A stretch of 46,495 bases of DNA from a virus. Below are positions 15,974-23,682 of the stretch, in pieces; the first letter of the stretch is position 1; the number at the start of each line of letters is the position of its first letter. The stretch spans positions 1 to 46,495 of IMG/VR virus record IMGVR_UViG_3300045988_032792; one strand, written 5' to 3'. The position numbers and the translations under genes are program-made. The notes under the pieces are model-generated. The model did not search any database and was not told where the DNA came from. It saw only the letters and a list, made by a program, of their open reading frames with translations.

Positions 15974-17659
15974 ATGGCTGATACATTTAAAGGAATTGTA
16001 ACCGCAGACGGAAAAAAAAGACAGCTGCCATATGGAAGTATCTTAGATTTACCAAGCTCAGATCCAAGTTTAACCGTTGAAGGTGGCTTCGCTGATGCCG
16101 CCGTAGTTGGCAAAAAAAACAAAAAAACGGATGAAGCAATTGCTTCGCTAAAGGAAGATTTAGATAATAAATCAAAATATGTTCCAGTTGATAAAAAACG
16201 TATTGACATTTTTGATTTTCCGAATTTGCAAGATGATTCTCTACTTTTAAAAAGAAGTTGGATATATAGTAGTGGTATAATTGAATCATATGACAAAACA
16301 GACGTGTCAGATTATTTGGCTGTTCCACCACATAAATCTATTTACTTATGTTCACTATATGATAGCACAGGAAAATATATAAACAGGTCGGTAAGAGAAA
16401 GTTGTATTTTCGATAAAGATTTTAAGCCTATAGATAAAACAGCAGACAATATCTGGAAATATGATAATACAACTGATAATATTCAGGATTTAAGAGTTAA
16501 TTTTAATACTAATAATTCAAATTTTGCAACAATAATTCCAACAGACTATAAGGATTCGCCACCATTCAACAAGGGATACATTAAAGAAGAACTCATTCCT
16601 ACAATTCCATATGAAAAAATATCGCAGGATGGTGTTCCGAGCTATTATGAAAATGAAATAAATAAAACGATTTCAGATGCAAGTAGCTATATCTGGAATA
16701 ACGACAACCAATGTAATGATTGTAATGTTTTGGTGTTTGTAACTGACCATCACATTGAACAGTCTTCTTGTATTCATGGAGAATTAATTAAACGTATTGA
16801 TAGCGTTATGCATTTAGACAGTGTGGTAAATGGTGGGGATAATTATACAAAAAATGAATCTCAACATATTTTTTATGAAGAACAGCGAAAAGCAATAAAT
16901 TTATTAAATTGTGTAGAAGATAAATTGTATAACGTCATGGGAAACCATGATGCAACAAATATTGCTTATGGTTACGGATATACAGCTTTTCATAAAAATG
17001 TTTTAATTAGTAATGCAATGAAAAAAGAATGCACTTTCATGGGAGAGCAAGTGGGAAACCCATCAAGATGGTTAGCCTACTACCGTGATGATAATGTTTC
17101 AAAAATCAGATATCTATATCTTGACAACTGTTATGATATGGAAAATAGATTTAATCAGAATGACTTTGATTGGATTGTTAATACGCTAATCACAACTCCA
17201 AAAGATTATCATGTAGCCATTTTTATGCATAATCCCGGAGCTTTTGAGGATTACCCTCTAACAATACCTGATAATGTAAAAATAAACGGGCAAACACTGT
17301 TTTATAAAATGTTAAGGGCTTATAATGATAAGAAAAATTTTGAATATACCGATAGTAGTGGAAAATCAACTGTTACAGTTACTCAAGATTTTTCGGAAAG
17401 TGGACGTGCAATTATAGGGGTTTTTGCAGGTCATATGCATTACGACATGCTATTTAAACAAGAAGGTATAAATGTATCTATAACAACATGCTCAATGCTC
17501 AATGGATACCATGTAGTAGATGGGGGGTTAATGTCAGATAACAGAATAAATGGTACTGCGAATGATACTGCACTTGATTTAATTGTTATAAATAAAAACA
17601 AAAAGGAAGTTAAAATGTTTAGATGTGGTTACGGTGATGATAGAACGTTTATGTATTAA
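15974..17659 (+). CDS. Tail fibre-like protein with calcineurin-type metallophosphoesterase domain
   Basis: All five MPE motifs are visible: VFVTDHH, GGDNY, GNHD, FMHNP, GHMHYD. The N-terminal 60 aa look like a tail-fibre adaptor (LTVEGGFADAAVVG). Confidence 0.8.
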   Translation: MADTFKGIVTADGKKRQLPYGSILDLPSSDPSLTVEGGFADAAVVGKKNKKTDEAIASLKEDLDNKSKYVPVDKKRIDIFDFPNLQDDSLLLKRSWIYSSGIIESYDKTDVSDYLAVPPHKSIYLCSLYDSTGKYINRSVRESCIFDKDFKPIDKTADNIWKYDNTTDNIQDLRVNFNTNNSNFATIIPTDYKDSPPFNKGYIKEELIPTIPYEKISQDGVPSYYENEINKTISDASSYIWNNDNQCNDCNVLVFVTDHHIEQSSCIHGELIKRIDSVMHLDSVVNGGDNYTKNESQHIFYEEQRKAINLLNCVEDKLYNVMGNHDATNIAYGYGYTAFHKNVLISNAMKKECTFMGEQVGNPSRWLAYYRDDNVSKIRYLYLDNCYDMENRFNQNDFDWIVNTLITTPKDYHVAIFMHNPGAFEDYPLTIPDNVKINGQTLFYKMLRAYNDKKNFEYTDSSGKSTVTVTQDFSESGRAIIGVFAGHMHYDMLFKQEGINVSITTCSMLNGYHVVDGGLMSDNRINGTANDTALDLIVINKNKKEVKMFRCGYGDDRTFMY

Positions 17660-17698
17660 TTAACTAAAGGGGACTTTAGTGAATTAAGTAAAAAAAGT

Positions 17699-17725
17699 GG
17701 AGCACATCATTTTCTGCTGTGCTCC
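17699..17725. terminator. Hairpin between convergent genes (putative bidirectional terminator)
   Basis: GGAGCACA-11 nt-TGTGCTCC, preceded by an A run. Lies between the + gene ending 17659 and the - gene ending 17742. Confidence 0.5.
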
Positions 17726-17741
17726 CTATAACAGAATTAAG

Positions 17742-18017
17742 TTATTTGTGATTCTTCGCCCAAAAATCAGCTACAGACGGAGGTACATAAGTATCATTCT
17801 CAGATATTACAACTTCCGTCCGAATTTTTGAATTATGGGGCAAAACAGGGTCACCACCGTCACTAATCTCATCTGCTATTTTAAGCATTTTAATAGCTTC
17901 TTCGGAGTACGGATATTCAACACCGCAGTTCGGGCAGATAATTCTGTCTACAGCAATTTTTTCGCTGATGTAATAGCAGCATCCGCAAGTGCAATGGACT
18001 TTTAATTTTAAAAACAT
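17742..18017 (-). CDS. Zn-ribbon protein on opposite strand
   Basis: 91 aa with CTCGCC...CPNCG. Strong RBS aaggaggtg on the minus strand. An extended -10 (TGCTATAAT) lies further upstream on the minus strand. Confidence 0.65.
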   Translation of the reverse strand: MFLKLKVHCTCGCCYYISEKIAVDRIICPNCGVEYPYSEEAIKMLKIADEISDGGDPVLPHNSKIRTEVVISENDTYVPPSVADFWAKNHK

Positions 18018-18138
18018 TTTACAACACCTCCTTAATAGGTTGATTATAGCATATTTTTAAAACATGTACCACGACTTTAACGAAGAATTACGCTCCTTAA
18101 TTTTGAGGGGCGCATCAAAACATGAAAGGAATGATATA

Positions 18139-19140
18139 ATGAGCAAATTACAGGAATTTTTAAACCTTGGTGATTATTACGCATCAAACGGCGGGTACCT
18201 TGAAAAGAAGAGTAACGCATATCTGGATGATTTTAAAAAGAATGCAGGATACAACAACTATACCAAATTTGCAAGAGATGTAAATAGTTGGGAACAGCCA
18301 GGATGCCAGGGGCAGCCGTGGTGTGCGGAGTACCAGTTTTGGAAATTGGTAAAAGTTCTTGGAATCACCAAAGCATTAAAGATCATGGGCGGAGGTTTTT
18401 ACAACTGCGTATCAATCACTAATCATGCTAAAACAAACGGAACTTGGCACAGCAAGCCAAAAGTCGGAGCACTTGTAATCTTTCGCAATGGCTCTCATGT
18501 TGGAAGTGTGCAGAGTTTTGACAGCTCAAAAATCTATACAAACGAAGGAAATACTTCTAGTGCAGCTGGCGTGGTGGCGAATGGTGGGGCAGTCCGAAAT
18601 AAGTCCTATTTAATCAGCGATTCTTCCATTGATGGATATGTTTGGATTGACTGGGACGAAACAGTACAGGAGACTTGGAAAAAGAAAGGAACCAGAGTAG
18701 CAACAGTAAATGATTTGTACGTCCGTGAAACACCGAATGGTTACGTTATTGGCTCAATCAATAAAGGAACCGTTGTTGAAACTGACGGAAAAACAAACGG
18801 AAAATGGACGCATATTAAAGTTTCCGGAATTGGTATCGGTTGGATCTGGACTGGATATCTTTCCAATAAATTCACTTCTGCTGCAGCTGCAATCACGAAC
18901 AAACAGGACAAGTCCCGGGTATTATTTTCCGGAAAAGTCACAGCTTCCGTTCTCAATGTCCGAACCTGGGCAGGAACGGAATACCCTCAGATAAAAAAAT
19001 ATCCTACTCTTAACAAATGGAATGAAGTAGAGATAATGAATTACACACAGAAAGCAAAGGACGGCACAAGCTGGTATTATATCCGAATTGCTGGAAAATA
19101 TTACGGATTTGTGTCCGCAAAATACATCCAGAAAATGTAA
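18139..19140 (+). CDS. Endolysin: CHAP peptidase/amidase domain plus two SH3-like wall-binding domains
   Basis: Catalytic-type motifs QPWCAEYQFW (Cys), GSHVG (His) and NEGNTS. Two C-terminal SH3_3-like repeats. The track start 18064 is possible, but ATG 18139 has the RBS aaagga. Confidence 0.85.
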   Translation: MSKLQEFLNLGDYYASNGGYLEKKSNAYLDDFKKNAGYNNYTKFARDVNSWEQPGCQGQPWCAEYQFWKLVKVLGITKALKIMGGGFYNCVSITNHAKTNGTWHSKPKVGALVIFRNGSHVGSVQSFDSSKIYTNEGNTSSAAGVVANGGAVRNKSYLISDSSIDGYVWIDWDETVQETWKKKGTRVATVNDLYVRETPNGYVIGSINKGTVVETDGKTNGKWTHIKVSGIGIGWIWTGYLSNKFTSAAAAITNKQDKSRVLFSGKVTASVLNVRTWAGTEYPQIKKYPTLNKWNEVEIMNYTQKAKDGTSWYYIRIAGKYYGFVSAKYIQKM

Positions 19141-19148
19141 AAATAAAA

Positions 19149-19176
19149 CTCCCGGGGTGTACCCGGGAGATCTTTC
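19149..19176 (+). terminator. Rho-independent terminator after endolysin
   Basis: CTCCCGGG-gtgta-CCCGGGAG perfect 8-bp stem followed by a T-rich tract. Confidence 0.75.
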
Positions 19177-19230
19177 TACATGAAGAAATATTGTATTATC
19201 TTTTATTTTATACCATTTTAGATTAATTTG

Positions 19231-19472
19231 ATTAGTCACATATTAGTCACAATATATAATCTTACAAACTTGCAAAAACCTTATAAATTCAGTATAATAG
19301 CCGCATGGACAAAAAAATTAGGATCAACAAATATTTAAGCAATATCAAATTTGTAAAACAGTTGATAAATCTTGTTTTTTCAGTATTTATGCGGGTTTCG
19401 AGATATTTCTTATTCCATTTTATTGTGACTAATTGCATATTATAATATTCTGATTAGTCACAATTAGTCACA
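19231..19472. repeat. attP region with five copies of ATTAGTCACA (putative integrase arm-type sites)
   Basis: Direct copies at 19231-40, 19242-51, 19453-62 and 19463-72. Inverted copy at 19424-33. AT-rich non-coding stretch next to int. Confidence 0.7.
19270..19298 (+). promoter_or_regulatory. Near-consensus sigma-70-type promoter reading antisense into int
   Basis: TTGCAA, 17 bp, TATAAT. An ATG lies 7 nt after the -10 (19305). Confidence 0.5.
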
Positions 19473-20629
19473 AACGGAACTTTTATTTTCTCAATCTCTG
19501 CGCAGAGTTCTTTCAATGTCCGGTGACCGTAAACAGAGTTTGTAACATCGCCGCCGAATGAATGCCCAAGCATTCTCTTACGGTCATTTTCCATGACTCC
19601 ATATTTTTCGCACAACATCGAAAACGTGTGCCTGCAATCATGCGGTGTATGCTTTGGATTCCCGATCATTCCTAACTTTTCTAAAGTTGGACAAAAGTAG
19701 CTTGCTCTGTAATGGTTTGTAGTGTAAGGAATCAAACATCCATAATGTTCGATCCTTGCTTTTACAAATTCATAAATGCATGAATGGATTGGCACAATTC
19801 TATTTTTTCCAAAATTTGTTTTTGATCCACCTCGAAAATATTTTTCTTTTAGATTTATTTCTAAATTTACCAATTCATTAATGCGCCAGCCGCTATAACA
19901 CATTATCAAAATCATCTGAACTTCTGGATCCGAAGAATGTTCCCAGAGTGTTTTAAGATTTTCTTCAGTAAAAGGGACTCCATGCTGATCGTCCTCACTT
20001 GCGGTAATTCGCAAATACTGGGATTTGTTGTCAGATACGATTTCCGCAAAAATTGCGTACTTGTACATCTGCTTGAATAAATTTAGGATTAATTCAATGC
20101 TTGCGTGCTTTAGGGGACAGTTGTCAAGAATTTCCTGCATTTCAGGGGCTTTCAAATCTTCAAAAATTCGTTCGTGGATTTTTTTACAATTTTTAAAGGC
20201 AGCAGCGTAATTTTGTTTTGAAGAGTTTGAAAGTTTTCCGTTTGAAAACTTCCAGTCCCAGAATTGTTCATATACCTCTGAAAACGTCAATTTCTTGATT
20301 TCCGGGTGTTTATCTTCTACACCCTTAATTGTATTGTAGTCTGCCAATATGCGGCTTAAAATGGTATCTGCGTCCGTTGTGGGGGCAATCTCCAATTCTC
20401 GCTCCATTCCAGGTTGATACGTTCCGGCTTTGTAAGCTGTGAGGACTGCAAAGCCCTTTACATAGTCGTCTACGTAGCAGATCGCAGGTGAACGGACAGT
20501 TTTGCCAAGCTCATTGACCTTCGCTGGTGGATGTACGGCATAGCAGTTCCTTCTTCCGGGACCTAAATATCTGATTGTACCGAAGCCTGCTGGTAGATTT
20601 GGGTATTTCTTTCTTTTCTTCTTCGCCAT
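19454..20629 (-). CDS. int: Tyrosine integrase
   Basis: C-terminal catalytic motifs HDCRHTF, LGH and VYGHRT. Start taken at MAKKKRKK (RBS gaagga) rather than the track start 20722. Confidence 0.9.
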   Translation of the reverse strand: MAKKKRKKYPNLPAGFGTIRYLGPGRRNCYAVHPPAKVNELGKTVRSPAICYVDDYVKGFAVLTAYKAGTYQPGMERELEIAPTTDADTILSRILADYNTIKGVEDKHPEIKKLTFSEVYEQFWDWKFSNGKLSNSSKQNYAAAFKNCKKIHERIFEDLKAPEMQEILDNCPLKHASIELILNLFKQMYKYAIFAEIVSDNKSQYLRITASEDDQHGVPFTEENLKTLWEHSSDPEVQMILIMCYSGWRINELVNLEINLKEKYFRGGSKTNFGKNRIVPIHSCIYEFVKARIEHYGCLIPYTTNHYRASYFCPTLEKLGMIGNPKHTPHDCRHTFSMLCEKYGVMENDRKRMLGHSFGGDVTNSVYGHRTLKELCAEIEKIKVPFVTNCD

Positions 20630-20762
20630 TTTATTCCTTCTTTCTTTTTGGTGAGAGTGTAGGTATAAAATAACAGTCGAACAAACTTTCCGGCTTGTAC
20701 GACTGTCCCGAAGATGATACAATATTCTTCGTCAAAAGATGATATCTCTTCAGAGGTATTCG

Positions 20763-20797
20763 CCGTCTCTGTGTTGGTAGCACAGGGGCGGTTTTTT
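20763..20797 (+). terminator. Plus-strand-oriented intrinsic terminator just beyond the int start
   Basis: 11-bp stem CCGTCTCTGTG/CACAGGGGCGG (two G-T pairs) followed by TTTTTT on the + strand only. Confidence 0.6.
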
Positions 20798-20798
20798 A

Positions 20799-21149
20799 TT
20801 ATGCGTTTTTATTTTTTACGAGTGCAATGACTGCCAAAACAACATTGATAAGGCACCAAGTTGCCCAAATATTTAAATCGGAAAAACTGCCGGCTAAAGT
20901 GTAACCGAATAGTGTTGCTATTCCAAACAATACTATTAATGCAATGTTTCCACCTTTTCCGCCGTTCCTAGTTGCGATAGAAACAATTCCTCCAGATAAA
21001 AGCATGATCGCCACAATGATTCCAGCGGATCCGCTTGCTTCTCCTGATTCACTTAATGTATTTCCAATTCCTACTGCACATGATTGAAAGGAAACCATAA
21101 AAAACAAAATAATAGATAAAATACCGGATACCAGTTTCCAAGTTTTCAT
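20799..21149 (-). CDS. Small integral membrane protein (about 4 TM)
   Basis: 116-aa hydrophobic ORF in the lysogeny module. Confidence 0.7.
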   Translation of the reverse strand: MKTWKLVSGILSIILFFMVSFQSCAVGIGNTLSESGEASGSAGIIVAIMLLSGGIVSIATRNGGKGGNIALIVLFGIATLFGYTLAGSFSDLNIWATWCLINVVLAVIALVKNKNA

Positions 21150-21169
21150 ATTCTCATTACCTTTCCAAA

Positions 21170-21763
21170 TTAAACTTCAATTTCAAAAACAGCTGACTGC
21201 TTTTCGCTATTTCCATCATAAGTGGAAAAATTAATTTTAAAATTTCCAGGATTATCAACACCTATGCACGCCTGGGCCTGACAAGATGCTCCTACAGGTG
21301 TTTCTTGTGGATACATCGAAACATCGCCAGGATAAGAATATCCCATTTTTCCAGTACTATCAACAATTCCATCTTCCAGATTTATATATAACCCATCCAA
21401 ATAGTCATCTTCATATCCTATATTTTCATAGGTATATGTAACTATGTACACTGCGCCTGGAGTTTTATCACTATATTCGTTACGATCATCAGTAGATGCT
21501 ACTGAATTAACAGTGATTTTCCATTGTCCCTCAACAATATAAGTTTCTCCAATTTTGTAAGTTTCCTGAGAGGTTGATTTTGTGGATGCCAACGCTTCAT
21601 TCAATTGTTTCTGAAGCTCATCAATAGTGTCCTGCAGTTCAACAACCTGGTTCTCAAGATATGCGATTTTATCATCTTTTTCATCAGCATAGACGGTTAC
21701 ATAAGATGATGCCGCAAAAGCGACTGATAATAACACAGCAAAAAATTTCTTTTTCATATTCAT
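21170..21763 (-). CDS. Secreted protein with coiled coil and DUF4352-like Ig-type domain
   Basis: Signal peptide MNMKKKFFAVLLSVAFAASSYVTVYA. C-terminal beta-rich region WKITVNSV...VYIVTYTYENIG. Confidence 0.7.
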   Translation of the reverse strand: MNMKKKFFAVLLSVAFAASSYVTVYADEKDDKIAYLENQVVELQDTIDELQKQLNEALASTKSTSQETYKIGETYIVEGQWKITVNSVASTDDRNEYSDKTPGAVYIVTYTYENIGYEDDYLDGLYINLEDGIVDSTGKMGYSYPGDVSMYPQETPVGASCQAQACIGVDNPGNFKINFSTYDGNSEKQSAVFEIEV

Positions 21764-21769
21764 TTCTCC

Positions 21770-21958
21770 TTAAAGTTTCACTTCAAATATTCTTCCACAC
21801 TTTCTGCAGCGGAATTTTTGCTTTCCCTTTGGTTTTGTATTTACCAGCGTAAAAGGGTGCAGAGGATTGAGATCAATTGTAGTTTTTTGGTTTCCGCTCA
21901 AATACTCCACATCCGTACTACCGCAAAGAAACCTTGGACATTTAATTTTCTTTGCCAT
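21770..21958 (-). CDS. Zn-ribbon protein
   Basis: 62 aa with CPRFLCG...CRKCG. RBS aaggaggga on the minus strand. Confidence 0.6.
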   Translation of the reverse strand: MAKKIKCPRFLCGSTDVEYLSGNQKTTIDLNPLHPFTLVNTKPKGKQKFRCRKCGRIFEVKL

Positions 21959-22171
21959 TTAAATCCCTCCTTACATAGTTTATTTTATCTGATTGTACCA
22001 CAGAGTAAAACAAAATAAAACATAATATTTCTAAATAAGATATAATAAGCGTGTCGAATTTTCTCGATTTTCGTCTAATATCGTATTAATGTAAGAAAAT
22101 TTGTGCAAGATTGCGATATTGTATAATTGTTATATTGAGAGTATAATATAAACTACTTTGGGAGGAATTTT

Positions 22172-22498
22172 ATGAAAGGAATAAAAAAGCTGGTTATATT
22201 TTTTCTGTTTGGAATAATGCTTCTTACATTTCTTGTAAGTGCGCCACTGTGCGATAGCATTGATCCGACAGATTACGAAGTGATTATTAAGGCAAGTGCC
22301 AACAATCAATATGTGATACATAATTATACACAGGAGACCATATCTGAAGAAGAAAAGCAGCCATTTGTTGTGAATAAAAGCAACAATATTTCTGCGGAAT
22401 GTACACGCCATTTCTTTTTCAATCGTTCAAGGCAAAAGGAGGGCACACTGTTCAAGCAGAGGGCGAGAAGTATGATCCAGTCCGTTCTATATCGCTGA
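22172..22498 (+). CDS. Hypothetical secreted/membrane protein (C-terminus doubtful)
   Basis: RBS gggagg. Signal-like N-terminus KKLVIFFLFGIMLLTFLVSA. An overlapping ORF 22399-22596 in another frame suggests a possible frameshift. Confidence 0.4.
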   Translation: MKGIKKLVIFFLFGIMLLTFLVSAPLCDSIDPTDYEVIIKASANNQYVIHNYTQETISEEEKQPFVVNKSNNISAECTRHFFFNRSRQKEGTLFKQRARSMIQSVLYR

Positions 22499-22565
22499 GA
22501 AGAGGGTATAATGCAATAAAAGAGAACGAATGTTCTTATTGTGCGATATTGGGAGGGACGGATAT

Positions 22566-22664
22566 ATGGATTATAAAAAAGAGATTATTGAACTAATAGA
22601 AAGCTGTGATAATATTCACTGGCTAAAAACGATATACGCATACATAAAAAGATTAATAGGATAG
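22566..22664 (+). CDS. Very small ORF (32 aa)
   Basis: RBS gggaggga. Product MDYKKEIIELIESCDNIHWLKTIYAYIKRLIG. Followed by a terminator. Confidence 0.3.
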   Translation: MDYKKEIIELIESCDNIHWLKTIYAYIKRLIG

Positions 22665-22672
22665 TAAAGAAA

Positions 22673-22709
22673 AAGACAAGGGTTTGCGCATTGCCCTTGT
22701 CTTTCTTTT
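22673..22709. terminator. Bidirectional terminator between convergent units
   Basis: AAGACAAGGG-11 nt-CCCTTGTCTT perfect 10-bp stem, flanked by an A run and a T run. Confidence 0.7.
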
Positions 22710-23069
22710 TTACTTGTTTGAAATCATGTCAATCAGTTCTTCAAGCTTATCCCATCCATCGTCGTCCAATCTGGCTAATGCAGATACAAGACGGTGTCTG
22801 AATGAATCTTCGCCAGCTTTTTGGATGTCTGCAAACATTTCTGCAATTTCTTCATCTTTGCTCTTTGGAACGAACATGCTTCCTTTTCCTGTTCTGAGCC
22901 ATTCTTCATTTACTCCATTATTTGCCAACATTATTACATGCTGGTCTGTTACTTTTCTGCGACCTGATTCAATATCAGAAACACCAGACTTTGTAATTCC
23001 AAGAAGTTCTCCGAATTTCTCTTGACTAAGATTCATTGCTTTGCGCAGTTCCTTTATTCTGTCGTTCAT
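22710..23069 (-). CDS. CI-like XRE-family repressor
   Basis: HTH LSQEKFGELLGITKSGVSDIESGRRK. Divergent from the early genes. RBS aaaggaggg. Confidence 0.9.
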   Translation of the reverse strand: MNDRIKELRKAMNLSQEKFGELLGITKSGVSDIESGRRKVTDQHVIMLANNGVNEEWLRTGKGSMFVPKSKDEEIAEMFADIQKAGEDSFRHRLVSALARLDDDGWDKLEELIDMISNK

Positions 23070-23090
23070 AATGCCCTCCTTTCATTTAAT

Positions 23091-23119
23091 ACTATACCAC
23101 CTCTGTGCGGAAATGTAAA
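23091..23119 (-). promoter_or_regulatory. Repressor promoter (PRM-like)
   Basis: Minus strand reads TTTACA, 17 bp, TGgTATAGT (extended -10), about 20 nt upstream of the cI-like RBS. Confidence 0.55.
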
Positions 23120-23127
23120 GAAGAAAA

Positions 23128-23197
23128 GTTCGCAAACCGAACAAAAAACTGTTGACAAGGTTCTTTATGCGTGATACTATATACGCATACCGAACAA
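23128..23197. promoter_or_regulatory. Operator-like repeats in the switch region
   Basis: Palindrome GTTCGcaaacCGAAC (23128-42). Inverted repeat TATGCGT-10 nt-ACGCATA (23166-89) encloses the + strand -10. Direct repeat ACCGAACAA at 23136-44 and 23189-97. Confidence 0.45.
23152..23180 (+). promoter_or_regulatory. Early rightward promoter (PR-like)
   Basis: TTGACA, 17 bp, TACTAT. Back-to-back with the repressor promoter. Confidence 0.6.
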
Positions 23198-23280
23198 GGA
23201 AGGAGTGAAAACAACGAGCCAAATAAAAAAGTTTTTCCACTGGTACTTTTTCGCACGAAGAAAAACATTACTGGAATGGT

Positions 23281-23634
23281 TTATGGGAAAATACCCAAAC
23301 TTTCCATTACATGTATCAATAGTATCTTTACTGTTGATAATACTTCGTCCAGAAGTGGAATCTTGTATACGTCATATCCAGCAAATAGGGCAACGATTGA
23401 TACTACTGTTGGGATTATAAATCTAATTCGTTCTTTACGCTTGATACGAAAATACATTTTGCAATTTCGGTTTACGGCATAAACTCCGTGTTCTCGATCA
23501 AGCAGACCTAGGCGGTTTAAATAGTCCAATGTCTGGTATTTAAAGAAACGATTAGATTTGATAATCGGCAATAAGTGGAGAGTTATTCGCTCACTAAGGG
23601 ATAACTCAATGTTTGAAAAGTCAATATTTTTCAT
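23281..23634 (-). CDS. Hypothetical membrane protein upstream of repressor (same strand)
   Basis: 117-aa ORF with RBS gaggaga. One TM segment FIIPTVVSIVALFAGY after the basic stretch RIKRKERIR. More protein-like than the overlapping + strand ORFs. Confidence 0.6.
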   Translation of the reverse strand: MKNIDFSNIELSLSERITLHLLPIIKSNRFFKYQTLDYLNRLGLLDREHGVYAVNRNCKMYFRIKRKERIRFIIPTVVSIVALFAGYDVYKIPLLDEVLSTVKILLIHVMESLGIFP

Positions 23635-23655
23635 TTTAGTCTCCTCTCATAGGAG

Positions 23656-23664
23656 AGTATATCA
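23656..23664 (-). promoter_or_regulatory. Possible extended -10 promoter for 23634..23281
   Basis: Minus strand reads TGATATACT about 15 nt upstream of the RBS. Confidence 0.35.
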
Positions 23665-23682
23665 CAAGAAAGGAGTGAACGC

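Noticed and set aside
18064-18138. Upstream start of the endolysin ORF
   Set aside because: ATG 18064 lies within the divergent promoter/RBS region of the minus-strand gene and has no SD. ATG 18139 has one. The longer form cannot be excluded.
19391-19402. GCGGGTTTCGAG as a tRNA T-arm fragment marking the attP core
   Set aside because: There is only a partial resemblance to GGTTCGA. No complementary stem or acceptor sequence follows. This is not enough to name a tRNA integration target.
20630-20722. 31-codon N-terminal extension of the integrase ORF
   Set aside because: No RBS is present. The internal ATG at 20629 is preceded by gaagga and begins the typical basic N-terminus MAKKKRKK.
23171-23482. 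Plus-strand ORFs 23171-23482 and 23205-23420 as a Cro-like first early gene
   Set aside because: The 23171 start lies inside the promoter -10. The GTG at 23205 abuts the SD. Neither product has an HTH. The opposite-strand 117-aa ORF has a better RBS and a more protein-like sequence. This remains somewhat uncertain.
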